Part shown: in pieces, positions 1-9,186 of the stretch
How the letters are laid out: each line of letters begins with the position of its first letter
Position numbering within the stretch: the stretch's first letter is position 1
Origin: a virus
Virus record (IMG/VR): IMGVR_UViG_3300046459_000309
Span: 1-60,375 of that record
Length of the DNA: 60,375 bases
Direction: 5' to 3' (one strand)
The notes under the pieces: generated by a model
The model's input: only the letters and a program-made list of their open reading frames with translations
Databases searched by the model: none
What the model was told of the DNA's origin: nothing
Translations under genes and position numbers: made by a program

Positions 1-127
1 ACGCGCCTGAACGTCAGCATGACGCGATCACCCGACGGATGCGGCTCGCTGTACTCCAGCTTCCACCCCGCCATCTCGACGCGAGTGACGAGCCTTTCCG
101 ACTTGTGGACGCCGCCAATCGCCACGC
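1..127. repeat. 127-bp exact copy of 60249-60375 (assembly overlap closing a circular contig)
   Basis: Both ends read acgcgcctgaacgtcagcatgacg...gccaatcgccacgc identically at 1-127 and 60249-60375; unique length 60248 bp. Confidence 0.95.
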
Positions 128-233
128 GGTTGTGAACCGCCAGCCCCCGCTTGTGCGCCCGCAGGGCTGCCGGATCGGGTGTGAGCGGCTTCGGTGCGCC
201 GGCTATGTGCTTCCCGAAGAGCTTGAACTCCAC
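1..233 (-). CDS. hypothetical protein (80 aa), the only minus-strand gene; crosses the circular junction, stop at 60239-60241
   Basis: Hand translation: GTG 233 (GGGGGA upstream; alt GTG 290) VEFKLFGKHIAGAPKPLTPDPAALRAHKRGLAVHNRVAIGGVHKSERLVTRVEMAGWKLEYSEPHPSGDRVMLTFRRVGP*; very high GC3, unlike + frame 39-311. Confidence 0.6.
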   Translation of the reverse strand, partial: MEFKLFGKHIAGAPKPLTPDPAALRAHKRGLAVHNRVAIGGVHKSERLVTRVEMAGWKLEYSEPHPSGDRVMLTFRR

Positions 234-311
234 GACGTCCCCCGAATCTTGAGCGGCCCCCTGCCGCGGATGACGACCAGCGTAGGACACGAACCCTGTG
301 GAGGTGGCGAT

Positions 312-617
312 ATGGCGTGGGACGGAAGCACCCGCAGGAGCCGCCTCCCCAAGAACTGGCCGACCATCCGGCGCCGCATTATCCGCCGTGACGGAGGCGT
401 CTGCGTGGCCCTGTACAGCGACGGCCGACGATGTGAGCTGCCGGGTTCAGACGTGGATCACATAGCCCCTGGAGACGACCACAGGGACGAGAACCTGCAG
501 CTCCTGTGCACGTGGCACCACAGGCAGAAGTCCAGCAGCGAGGGAGGCACAGCAGCCACCCACACGCGGGCCTCTGTGCATAGGCCCCCTTCTACACACC
601 CTGCCCTGGAGGACTGA
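312..617 (+). CDS. HNH endonuclease (packaging-associated position)
   Basis: 3' part of ORF 39..617; ATG 312 after GGAGGTGG; motif DVDHIAPGDDHRDENLQLLCTWHHRQK; lies upstream of terminase genes as in HNH-dependent cos phages. Confidence 0.85.
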   Translation: MAWDGSTRRSRLPKNWPTIRRRIIRRDGGVCVALYSDGRRCELPGSDVDHIAPGDDHRDENLQLLCTWHHRQKSSSEGGTAATHTRASVHRPPSTHPALED

Positions 618-725
618 TGAGAGCCTTGCTGCAGATGGTGCGTGTGTGGGTGGATCTCAACCTGCCTATGCGGTCAGGTGGGTACACCACCACGCACAGG
701 GCAGGCACGCATAGCGTGGTCTGCT

Positions 726-743
726 GCTGCCACAGGTGGCAGC
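726..743. repeat. perfect inverted repeat gctgccac-ag-gtggcagc inside a GT/CA-rich non-coding block
   Basis: Read directly; a 12-bp palindrome cacatgcatgtg follows at 747-758. Confidence 0.8.
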
Positions 744-813
744 ACACACATGCATGTGATGTGCGTGTGATGCGCATGCTGCGTGCTGCGTACGTGGGTG
801 CACAGGGCCGCCC

Positions 814-1071
814 ATGAGCGGCGCCCATGTGGTGCTGGAGGAGGCAGAGGACACAGGCGAGGATGGACTCAGTATTACGCGCGTGATCGTCAATGGCGTT
901 GATGTTGGTCGACTTGCGAAGCCTCCGAAGATCGCAGTCGGAACTCAGGCTGACCGAACGCTGACGACTGTGACGATCACGCTCGTGCCGGCTCGCCTGG
1001 AGATCCGTGGCGAGCATGCTGACGGTGATCGTCGCGAGGCCCGCGCGGGCTTCACAGCGAAGATCGATTAG
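814..1071 (+). CDS. hypothetical protein
   Basis: ORF-track ORF, natural-looking beta-rich sequence; GC3 only about two-thirds by hand count and no clear SD. Confidence 0.5.
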   Translation: MSGAHVVLEEAEDTGEDGLSITRVIVNGVDVGRLAKPPKIAVGTQADRTLTTVTITLVPARLEIRGEHADGDRREARAGFTAKID

Positions 1072-1248
1072 CCCCGCCCCAGGGGGGTGACCCCCGCCGG
1101 CCCGATACGAAGACCGTAAGAGTGCTGGGCGTCGCGGTCTGTACGGGTCTGGGGACTTGAAATCAGGCTTTCGAGCCGGCTGTCCTGGCAGGCCGTCAGG
1201 CGCCCATACAGGTCTTCCTAGGGGCATCTGGGCGGCTTGGGAGGCGGT

Positions 1249-1321
1249 TTACCGTAACGCGCCGGCTCTGGTGGCGTTCCATAGAACTGCAGGTCAGGCC
1301 ATGTATTACCGTAACGCGCCG
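1249..1321. repeat. two 16-bp direct repeats ttaccgtaacgcgccg (1249-1264, 1306-1321) upstream of the PrimPol gene
   Basis: Read directly; second copy ends 8 nt before ATG 1329. Confidence 0.85.
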
Positions 1322-1328
1322 TGCTAGG

Positions 1329-1943
1329 ATGGGGCTCATGGAGAAGGAGAACGCAGTCTGCGCCTGGTGCCCGGAGCCGCTGAAAGCCAGCCGCTCGCAC
1401 CGTGCACGCTTCTGCTCCACCCGCTGCCGCATGGCGTCTCACCGCGCGGCGAAGAACAACCCGCTCCCCGCGGAGCTGACGACCTGCGACAGGTGGGTTC
1501 GACGCTCCTCCACGAAGGTCCCACTGACGATCGGCGACATGCCGGCCAGCAGCACGGACCCGCGGACGTGGAGCAACTACAAGGACGCCTCCGCCTCGTT
1601 GGCCGGCGTCGGTCTGGGCTTCGTGCTCTCTGACGTCGACGACGTGGTCTGTATCGACCTGGACCACTGTCTCAACCCGCTCACCGGGCGACTCGCCCCG
1701 TGGGCAGCAGCCATCGTGCGCGACGCAGGCACCACCTACGTAGAGGTGTCCCCGTCCGGTGATGGACTGCACATCTGGGGCCACGCGGACGTCCGACAGG
1801 GACGCCGCATCCGACGCCCTGACGGTACGGCCGTGGAGCTCTACGGGACCGGCCGGTACATCGCAATGACGGGGCGCCGACATGGCAACGCCCCGTCGAT
1901 CCTTGCGAACATCTCCGCGGTGGTGACCACGCTGACGGCGTAG
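1329..1943 (+). CDS. zinc-ribbon + primase-polymerase (AEP/PrimPol) domain protein
   Basis: CAWCPEP...CSTRC ribbon, then VCIDLDHC and EVSPSGDGLHIWG (DxD and sGxGxH-type AEP motifs); ATG 1338 is an alternative start. Confidence 0.75.
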   Translation: MGLMEKENAVCAWCPEPLKASRSHRARFCSTRCRMASHRAAKNNPLPAELTTCDRWVRRSSTKVPLTIGDMPASSTDPRTWSNYKDASASLAGVGLGFVLSDVDDVVCIDLDHCLNPLTGRLAPWAAAIVRDAGTTYVEVSPSGDGLHIWGHADVRQGRRIRRPDGTAVELYGTGRYIAMTGRRHGNAPSILANISAVVTTLTA

Positions 1944-2117
1944 CTCTCGACATGGGGCGCGCTCACCGACTGGTCCACCACGCTGCCCCGGAGCACGCTG
2001 CGGTAGTCACTAGCGTGATTAGCCACGCCGGAATCTTCTGGATGGTCAAGTGCAGGCCCCCGCAGCGAAGTTCGAGCTGTGGTGGCCGACTGCGATGCTC
2101 TGCTGTTCGGCTCATGA

Positions 2118-2152
2118 ATTCAGTTCAGCACACTTCAATTCAGTTCAGCACC
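2118..2152. repeat. 15-bp direct repeat aattcagttcagcac x2 (2118-2132, 2138-2152) in AT-richer non-coding DNA upstream of terS
   Basis: Read directly; 1944-2353 has no convincing ORF. Confidence 0.85.
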
Positions 2153-2353
2153 CTCAGCGGGGAGCTTAAAAAACTTGCCCTGCCGAGCATCGCAACCCTT
2201 GGGTACGAATTTATGTGAACTTGGCTGGTTGCACGTAAGTAGCTGATCGTCTGAGCAATCAACTGGGCGAACATTTGGTGTTGATACCGACATAACTGCG
2301 CAGGGCCTAGAAGACATAGGCGATCTACGGTGAGTCCGCTGAAGGGAGATTCC

Positions 2354-2815
2354 ATGGCCGGACGAGGCCCCGCCCCAAAAGACCCAACCAAGCGCCGCCG
2401 GCGCAATGCCGCGGACCCCGAAACCGTCATCACCGCTGACGACGAGGTACGGGGCCCCGAACTCCCCGAAGGCGTCCTAGGCGCTGACAAGGACGGTGTC
2501 CTCTACGAGTGGCACCCCATGACCGTCGCGTGGTGGCAGACCTGGCGCGAGTCGCCGCAGGCGTCCACCTTCACGGACACGGACTGGGCTTTCCTCCTGG
2601 ACACGGCACTCATGCACACGTCGATGTGGTCTAAGGGCCAGTGGACGCTTGCCGCCGAAGTCCGCCTCAGAGCAGCCAAGTTCGGCGCTACGCCGGAAGA
2701 CAGGGCCCGCCTGAAGCTCAAGGTCGACGACCCCACGCCAGCCCGTCAGGCGCCCGTACAGGCCCCTCAGAACGTCACTGACATCACTTCACGCAAGGCG
2801 AGGCTGACCGGATAA
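2354..2815 (+). CDS. terminase small subunit
   Basis: ATG 2354 after GGGAGA; N-terminus MAGRGPAPKDPTKRRRRN typical of actinophage small terminases; directly upstream of terL. Confidence 0.8.
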   Translation: MAGRGPAPKDPTKRRRRNAADPETVITADDEVRGPELPEGVLGADKDGVLYEWHPMTVAWWQTWRESPQASTFTDTDWAFLLDTALMHTSMWSKGQWTLAAEVRLRAAKFGATPEDRARLKLKVDDPTPARQAPVQAPQNVTDITSRKARLTG

Positions 2816-2834
2816 CTCCAGAGAGGGGGCGTCG

Positions 2835-4553
2835 ATGCCGCACGTCACGGTACGCGCCCCCGGACACGACCGCTCCCGCTCTCTGGGCTGGCTCGCGGTC
2901 GCATGGATGGAGTATTTCGTCGTCCACGGTCCTGGCGACGTTCAGGGCATGCCGGTCTCCCACGGCGACGAGTACACGGGCTTCGTCGTCGACTGCTACG
3001 CATTGGGAGAGGGCGGTAAAGACGACGGCCGCATGATGTACGACTCCGCGTTCTTCTCTCGCCCGAAGGGCTGCGACAAGTCCGGCCTGGGCGCGCGGCT
3101 TGGTCTCTTCGAGGCTCTCGGACCCTGCCGGTTCTACGGCTGGGCTGAGGGTGGGGAGGTCTACGAGGACCCGTGGGGTCTCGGCTTCCGCTACGTCTAC
3201 GAGGCCGGCGAGCCGATGGGCCGCCCGGTCACCGTGCCGTATCTCCGGATCATGGCCACTGAAGAGGGCCAGACCGGCAACGTCTACGACACGATTTACT
3301 TCAACCTGACCGACGACGCTGCCCGCCTCAGCCACGTTCCGAACGTCGACCCTGGCCTGACGAAAATCAACCTTCCCGACGGCGGAGAAATCACGCCGTC
3401 CACCGCCTCGTCCTCGTCGAAAGACGGCGGCAAGGAAACGTGGGTCTGCTTCGACGAGACTCACCTCTACAACACCCCCGAACTCCGCCGCATGTACGCC
3501 ACAGTGACGCGTAACCTCCGCAAGCGGAAGAAGATCGCGCAGACGTGGTACCTCGAAACGACGACGATGTTCGCCCCGGGGCAAGACTCCGTAGCTGAGC
3601 GGACTTACGAGGAAGCGGAGGCCATCCGCGAGGGTCGTAAGAAGCGCGGTCGCGCGAGGTTGATGTACGACCACCGTTACGGCGTCGTCAAGGACTTGAA
3701 GGACGAGGTCGAACTCCGCGCAGCCCTCCGCGACGCGTACGGCGACGCGATGGAGTGGATCGACGAAGACACGCTCGTCGACGATTTCTACGACCTCCGC
3801 AACGACTCCGCGGACGGCAAGCGCTACTTCCTGAACAGCCGGACGTCCTCCTCCGACGCGTGGATGGACCCGGACGCGTGGGAGCTGTGCCGGCGCGAAG
3901 AGGAGATAGCCGCGGGCGAACTCGTCACCCTGGGCTTCGACGGCTCCATCAACGACGACGCAACCGCCCTTGTGGCCTGCCGCGTATCTGACGGCCACCT
4001 ACAGCTACTCGGCTGCTGGGAGAAGCCGGAAGGCCCCGAAGGCGAAGGCTGGCAGGTCGACCGTGAATCCGTCGACAGCGCCGTTGCTCGCGCGTTCGAC
4101 CGCTACGAGGTCTGCGGCTTCTACTGTGACCCGCCCAAATGGCAGGACTACGTGGACAAGTGGACCGCGGAGCACGGCGAGGGGCTCCAGATCAGCGCCA
4201 CGCAGGCTCGCCCGCTGGAGTGGTGGACGACGCGCCCGACGGCCATGGAGCACGCCTTGGACCGCTTCGTGGAGGCCGTCGACGACAAGGCCCTTTCCTA
4301 CGCCGGCACCGACAAGGCTGACGACGAGGAGCCCTACTCGAAGCTGGGCGCCACGCTCACCCGCCACGTGTTGAACGCGAAGCGCCGCCCGATGGGTCGC
4401 AATCACATCGGTATCGGCAAGGAACACCCCAAGTCGCCGAAGAAGATCGACGCCGCCATGTCCGCCACGCTCGCCTATGAGTGCCGCGCTGACGCCGTCG
4501 CAGCTGGAATCACCAAGCGGAAGAAGCGGACCGGCCGCCTTCGCGCATTCTGA
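2835..4553 (+). CDS. terminase large subunit
   Basis: 572 aa; VCFDETHLY (Walker-B-like) and GFDGSINDDATAL (RNaseH-type nuclease Asp); followed by portal. Confidence 0.93.
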   Translation: MPHVTVRAPGHDRSRSLGWLAVAWMEYFVVHGPGDVQGMPVSHGDEYTGFVVDCYALGEGGKDDGRMMYDSAFFSRPKGCDKSGLGARLGLFEALGPCRFYGWAEGGEVYEDPWGLGFRYVYEAGEPMGRPVTVPYLRIMATEEGQTGNVYDTIYFNLTDDAARLSHVPNVDPGLTKINLPDGGEITPSTASSSSKDGGKETWVCFDETHLYNTPELRRMYATVTRNLRKRKKIAQTWYLETTTMFAPGQDSVAERTYEEAEAIREGRKKRGRARLMYDHRYGVVKDLKDEVELRAALRDAYGDAMEWIDEDTLVDDFYDLRNDSADGKRYFLNSRTSSSDAWMDPDAWELCRREEEIAAGELVTLGFDGSINDDATALVACRVSDGHLQLLGCWEKPEGPEGEGWQVDRESVDSAVARAFDRYEVCGFYCDPPKWQDYVDKWTAEHGEGLQISATQARPLEWWTTRPTAMEHALDRFVEAVDDKALSYAGTDKADDEEPYSKLGATLTRHVLNAKRRPMGRNHIGIGKEHPKSPKKIDAAMSATLAYECRADAVAAGITKRKKRTGRLRAF

Positions 4554-4566
4554 GGAGGGTCCACTA

Positions 4567-6081
4567 GTGCCTATTGATGCCACGCAGGTGGAGTCTCCCG
4601 GATGGTGGCTCAAGCGGCTCGGGAAGAAGCTCCTGGACGAGCGCGACGACTCTCGGCCGGACTGCAACGGAGAGATCACTCCGGGCCTGGACACGCTGAA
4701 GCGCTACGCCGAAGGCCGCGCACCTCTGCCGCATGTGCCTGGCGTCGACCCGGCGGAGGTTGCCGCATGGATGAAGGACGCCCGCACCAACTGGACGTCG
4801 CTCGTCATCGACTCTCCGACGGAGCGCATGGGCGTTGATGGCTTCCGCTTCGGGGCGGCCAAGAGCGGCAAATCCGCCAAGACCGCGGACGACGACGCGA
4901 ACCGCATCTGGCAGGAAAACCAGATGGACGCGGACAGCGACCTTGTTCACTACGGCGCCCTGTCACAGCGACGCGCCTTCGTCCTCGTCGAGAAGGGCGA
5001 CGACGGCCGGCCCGTGCTGACCCACGAGACGCCCTACCAAGTCGCCGTGGAGTACGAGCCCGGGAACCGCCGCAAGATCCGCGCGGGACTGAAGCTCAGG
5101 CGCGACGACTGGACCGGCGGGACGGTGGCCACCCTGTGGACGCCTGACACGAACTACGGCTTCACCGCCAAGACTGCCAATCCCGCCTTCTACGACAGTA
5201 CGGCGACGTTGCGCCAGTGGGACGCGCTCTCGCTCCCCACTGTCACTGACGGGCAGTGGACGAACGAGCTGGGAGCCGTCCCCCTCGTCCCCTTCGTCAA
5301 CCGACGGAACCGCAGCCTTGACGGCTTTGCTGAGCACGAGGACGTGCTCTCGATCCAGAACCGCATCAACCTGTCCTTGATCAACCTCATTGCGGCGATG
5401 AAATACGGCGCCTTCCGTCAGCGGTACGCCGCTGGCCTGGAGGTCGACGAGGACCCGATTACGGGCGCTGCGATCCAGCCGTTCCAGCTGGACATTCGGA
5501 AGCTCTGGACCACCGACAACCCCGACGTGAAGTTCGGGGAGTTCGCTGCAACGGACCTCGTTCCCTACGTACGCGCCGTGGAGGCCGCAGTCCAGGACCT
5601 GGCAGCCATCTCCCGGACACCGCCTCACTACCTGATCGGCGCCGTGGTCAACGTCTCCGGCGACGCTCTGAAGGCCGCAGAGACCGGATTGATCTCCAAG
5701 GTTCGCGACCGGCAGCGCACATTCGGCGACAGCTGGGAGTCCGTCATGCGCCTGGCCTTCAAGGTCACTGGCGACGAGGACAAGGCGACGTCGTTCGACG
5801 CTGAGACCCTCTGGCGCGACCCTGAGTCCCGCACGATCTCCGAGCTTGCCGACGCTGCTGTGAAGAAGGCGTCCGCTGGCGTTCCGTGGCGGCAGCGCAT
5901 GGAGGACATGGGCTACACGCCGTCGCAGATCGACCGTATGGAAATCGACCGCGCGGCCGACGCTCTGAACGCCGCACCCGCGGAAGACCCGCAGCCGGCG
6001 TCCCTCCAGGCCAAGCGCGACGCCAAGCAGCCCACGGGCAAGCCCGTGATCGGACGTGAAGATGTCCCTGACGCGGCTTGA
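4567..6081 (+). CDS. portal protein
   Basis: Frame of ORF 4477..6081; GTG 4567 after GAGGAGGG just past terL stop; 504 aa between terL and MuF gene. Confidence 0.88.
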   Translation: MPIDATQVESPGWWLKRLGKKLLDERDDSRPDCNGEITPGLDTLKRYAEGRAPLPHVPGVDPAEVAAWMKDARTNWTSLVIDSPTERMGVDGFRFGAAKSGKSAKTADDDANRIWQENQMDADSDLVHYGALSQRRAFVLVEKGDDGRPVLTHETPYQVAVEYEPGNRRKIRAGLKLRRDDWTGGTVATLWTPDTNYGFTAKTANPAFYDSTATLRQWDALSLPTVTDGQWTNELGAVPLVPFVNRRNRSLDGFAEHEDVLSIQNRINLSLINLIAAMKYGAFRQRYAAGLEVDEDPITGAAIQPFQLDIRKLWTTDNPDVKFGEFAATDLVPYVRAVEAAVQDLAAISRTPPHYLIGAVVNVSGDALKAAETGLISKVRDRQRTFGDSWESVMRLAFKVTGDEDKATSFDAETLWRDPESRTISELADAAVKKASAGVPWRQRMEDMGYTPSQIDRMEIDRAADALNAAPAEDPQPASLQAKRDAKQPTGKPVIGREDVPDAA

Positions 6082-6871
6082 CCGCCAGTACGGGACAGCA
6101 GTCCGCAACACCTGGGCGACGACCCTAGGACGCACCTCGCGCGTATGGACCGATCTCGGCTCCTGGCGTGAGGGCGACGTCCGGCGCTTTGAGCGGACTG
6201 CGCTTCCCGTGCTCTTGGCCGGACAACGACGAGTGGCGAGCCTGACGGCTTCGTACCTTGAGCAGCTCTACCGCGAGATTGACGGCACCGGGCCCCGCGT
6301 GGACCTGGACTTCGACAGGGTGACCGGACGTGCGCTTCGCGACGTCGACCCCAACGAGGTCTACCGGAGGCCGTTCAAGGAGATCTGGAACGCGCTGGAC
6401 CATGACGTCGCCTTTGACGACGCTCTGAAGCGTGGAACCCGCCGCCTGGAGACGATCGCTAAGACCGACCTCCAGCTAGCCCGCACGCACACGGTGCGCG
6501 AGGTGGGCGACGACATGCCCCGCTTCCAGTACACCGTTCGTGAGCTGCAAGGGGAGTACGACTGCGCTCTCTGCATGATTGCCTCCACGCAGCGCTACCG
6601 GAAACGGGACCTGGCGCCGATTCACCCCGGCTGTGACTGCCTCGTGAAGTTGGTGACGGCTGACGAGGATCCGGGCCAGGTCGTCGACGAAGAGAAGTTG
6701 GAGCGCATTCACGACCTCGTCGACGAGGCACTTGGGAAGAGCGACCGCGGAGGACGAGCGGTCGACTACCGAAAGATCATCATCGCCAACGAGCACGGAG
6801 AGATCGGCCCGGTCCTCGGATTCAAGGGTCAGCGGTTCTCCGGCCCCGGCGACATCAACCTTCCGACCTGA
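6056..6871 (+). CDS. MuF-like head morphogenesis / minor capsid protein
   Basis: YDCALCMIAS...IHPGCDCLV motif typical of SPP1 gp7/MuF domain; follows portal. Confidence 0.8.
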   Translation: MKMSLTRLDRQYGTAVRNTWATTLGRTSRVWTDLGSWREGDVRRFERTALPVLLAGQRRVASLTASYLEQLYREIDGTGPRVDLDFDRVTGRALRDVDPNEVYRRPFKEIWNALDHDVAFDDALKRGTRRLETIAKTDLQLARTHTVREVGDDMPRFQYTVRELQGEYDCALCMIASTQRYRKRDLAPIHPGCDCLVKLVTADEDPGQVVDEEKLERIHDLVDEALGKSDRGGRAVDYRKIIIANEHGEIGPVLGFKGQRFSGPGDINLPT

Positions 6872-6912
6872 CGCCCGCCACGGGCTGACGACTCCCGACA
6901 GGGGAAACCACC

Positions 6913-7464
6913 ATGCCTGAGCCAGAGACTCCGCCTGCCGTCAACGAGCACGGCTACCCCGACGCGACTCCGGTTGCTGACATGAGCGCCGAACATCAGG
7001 CCGCGTACTGGAAGTTCCAGTCCCGCAAGCACGAACAGCGAGCAAGCGCCGGGCCGGACGCCGCGGAGCTGGAGCGCCTGCGCGCTGCGGAGGCGGAACT
7101 AGCCACCCGCAAGGCCGCTGACCTCACCGACGCAGAGCGGCTCCAGGCAGAAAAGGACGCTGCGGAGACTGCCCGCCTGACCGCTGAGCGCGAGCGGGAC
7201 GAGGCACGGGCCGACGCCCTGCGAATCACCGTGGCGGCTGAGAAGGGACTCACCCCTGCGCAGGCCAAGCGTCTCCAGGGCTCCACGAAGGAAGAGCTGG
7301 AGACCGACGCGGACGACCTCTTGAAGGACTTCGCGCCCTCCACCCTCGGCACCCCTCCGCCTCCGCCTCGCGCGGGTGGCGCCCGTGGGGGCGACGTAGG
7401 CGGCAACATCCGTACCACTGCAACCGGCGCGGACCTGTACCGCCAGCGTCACGGCAAGAACTGA
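6913..7464 (+). CDS. scaffolding protein
   Basis: 183 aa Ala/Glu/Arg-rich coiled coil between MuF and capsid genes. Confidence 0.75.
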   Translation: MPEPETPPAVNEHGYPDATPVADMSAEHQAAYWKFQSRKHEQRASAGPDAAELERLRAAEAELATRKAADLTDAERLQAEKDAAETARLTAERERDEARADALRITVAAEKGLTPAQAKRLQGSTKEELETDADDLLKDFAPSTLGTPPPPPRAGGARGGDVGGNIRTTATGADLYRQRHGKN

Positions 7465-7486
7465 CCTATCCCTCACAGGAGGATCC

Positions 7487-7885
7487 ATGAATCTCGGACT
7501 CATCACTGAGAGCTTCTCTCAGGACCGGCGTGACTGGCTGGCGGGTGCGCACGGGACGGACATCGTCGCGTCCGTGACGCTGGACGTCACCAAGTTCACC
7601 GCTGGCACCCACTACCCGGACGGCTACGTCAAGAGCGGCATTCCGCTGGGCAAGATCACGACCGGCGGGAAGTACGGCCCATACGATGACGCGGCCTCTG
7701 ACGGACGTCAGACCTGCGTCGGCTTCCTCTACACGGGCGTGGAGGTCGTGACGCAGCGCGGCCAGGTGCTCACTTCTGCCGTCGCCTCCATGCTCGTCCA
7801 CTGCGCGGTCAAGGAGTCCAAGCTCCCCGTCGCCGTCGATGCCGCCGGCAAGGTCGATCTGGCCTCCCGCGTCATCTTCGTCTGA
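7487..7885 (+). CDS. head decoration protein (position-based)
   Basis: 132-aa ORF immediately upstream of a lambda-gpE-like capsid gene, strong SD (ACAGGAGGA). Confidence 0.6.
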   Translation: MNLGLITESFSQDRRDWLAGAHGTDIVASVTLDVTKFTAGTHYPDGYVKSGIPLGKITTGGKYGPYDDAASDGRQTCVGFLYTGVEVVTQRGQVLTSAVASMLVHCAVKESKLPVAVDAAGKVDLASRVIFV

Positions 7886-7903
7886 GAGAGGTAACAACCA
7901 ACT

Positions 7904-8920
7904 ATGCAGCTCATTGACGAGTTCGCGACCCCGGCGGAACTCACCGGGTACGCGCGGGCGGCTCTGGCGGACCGCGACGAGAATCAGCTCACGCTGGACC
8001 GCTGGCTCCCGAACCGCACCATCAACGACCTGAGCTACCGCTTCACGCGCGGTGGCGGTGGCCTGACCGAAGCTGCGGTGTTCCGTGGCTTCGATGCGTC
8101 GGCCGACGTCGGCGTCCGGCCCGGTGGCGCGCGAGTGTCCGGCGAACTGCCGCCCATCTCGCGGAAGATCCCTGTCGGCGAGTACGAGCGCATCAAGCGC
8201 CGGAACGTCGACACCCAGAACGCTGAGATCCGTGACGCGATGCTGGACGACGGCGTGCGACTCGCCCGCCAGATCGAAGCCCGTATGGAGCTGGCGCGCG
8301 GTGAGGCCATCTTCAACGCGTCCGTCGCGCTGAACGAGAACGGTGTTCAGGCGAGCGTGGACTTCGGTCGTGCGGCCGGCCACACCGTAACCGCCGGCAC
8401 CGTCTGGTCCGACCCGGCGGCCGACGTCATCGGCAACTTCCAGACGTGGCTGGAGGTCTACAACGACACCAACGGTGGTGACCCGGACTCCGTTCTGATC
8501 TCCCGCGCCATCTGGACGGCTCTGAAGCGCAACACGCAGCTCCGCGGCCTCTCCACCACGGGTGCGACCGCTCCGTCCATTCTGACGGACTCGCTCCTCG
8601 CTGCGATCCTCGCTGACCACGGCATCCCGCCGCTGGTCCGCTACGACGCGAAGGTGAACGTCGCGGGCGTCTCCACCCGCATCACGCCGAACGACAAGCT
8701 GGCCTTCATGCCGGCGCAGGGCGACGCGCTGGGGCAGACCCTGTGGGGCGTTCCCGTGGAGGCAGATGACGCACGGTACGGCCTGGCTGGCGACGCTGCC
8801 GGCGTGGCTGTCGGTGCGTACAAGACGGAGGACCCGCAGACCGTGTGGACCCGTGCAACCGCCATCGCACTCCCTGTCGTTGCGGCCCCGGACCTGACCT
8901 TCGTCGCCGACGTTCTCTGA
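7904..8920 (+). CDS. major capsid protein (lambda gpE-like)
   Basis: 338 aa, position after scaffold/decoration; N-terminus MQLIDEFATPAELTGY resembles capsid-E family as I recall it. Confidence 0.88.
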   Translation: MQLIDEFATPAELTGYARAALADRDENQLTLDRWLPNRTINDLSYRFTRGGGGLTEAAVFRGFDASADVGVRPGGARVSGELPPISRKIPVGEYERIKRRNVDTQNAEIRDAMLDDGVRLARQIEARMELARGEAIFNASVALNENGVQASVDFGRAAGHTVTAGTVWSDPAADVIGNFQTWLEVYNDTNGGDPDSVLISRAIWTALKRNTQLRGLSTTGATAPSILTDSLLAAILADHGIPPLVRYDAKVNVAGVSTRITPNDKLAFMPAQGDALGQTLWGVPVEADDARYGLAGDAAGVAVGAYKTEDPQTVWTRATAIALPVVAAPDLTFVADVL

Positions 8921-8943
8921 CCTGAAACGCGAGGCATTCACGT

Positions 8944-9186
8944 ATGGCAACCCTGAAGACGAACGTCCACGTGACGGACTCCGCGGGAGTGAGCCACGTG
9001 TTCGGTCCCGCGGACGAGGTCCCGGAGTGGGCACAGGCGCTCATCACAAATCCGAAGGCGTGGCTGGAGCCGCCCGTCAGTCGACTTACGGAGCCTGCTC
9101 CGGTGCCGGCCGCGAAGAAGGCAGCTCCAGCCAAGCGCGCTCCGGCGCGACGGAAGGCGGGCGGCAGTGCTGTTTCTGACGGCTGA
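8944..9186 (+). CDS. hypothetical protein (Lys/Ala/Pro-rich tail)
   Basis: ORF track; contains palindrome copy 9074-9091 read as VSRLTE. Confidence 0.6.
   Translation: MATLKTNVHVTDSAGVSHVFGPADEVPEWAQALITNPKAWLEPPVSRLTEPAPVPAAKKAAPAKRAPARRKAGGSAVSDG
9074..9091. promoter_or_regulatory. GTCGAC-centred palindrome, copy 1 (ccgtcagtcgacttacgg), inside a CDS
   Basis: Read directly; member of an 11-copy family. Confidence 0.6.

Noticed and set aside
39-311. N-terminal 91-aa extension of the HNH ORF (ORF track 39..617)
   Set aside because: The translation is Arg/Pro/Leu-rich and looks like antisense sequence. The minus strand over the same nucleotides has much higher GC3 and a natural-looking protein. 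A good SD precedes ATG 312.
1952-2490. ORFs 1952..2218 (+), 2135..2317 (-) and 2140..2490 (-) in the region upstream of terS
   Set aside because: They have poor codon bias and odd composition, and one is antisense to terS. The region is better explained as non-coding (cos or regulatory).
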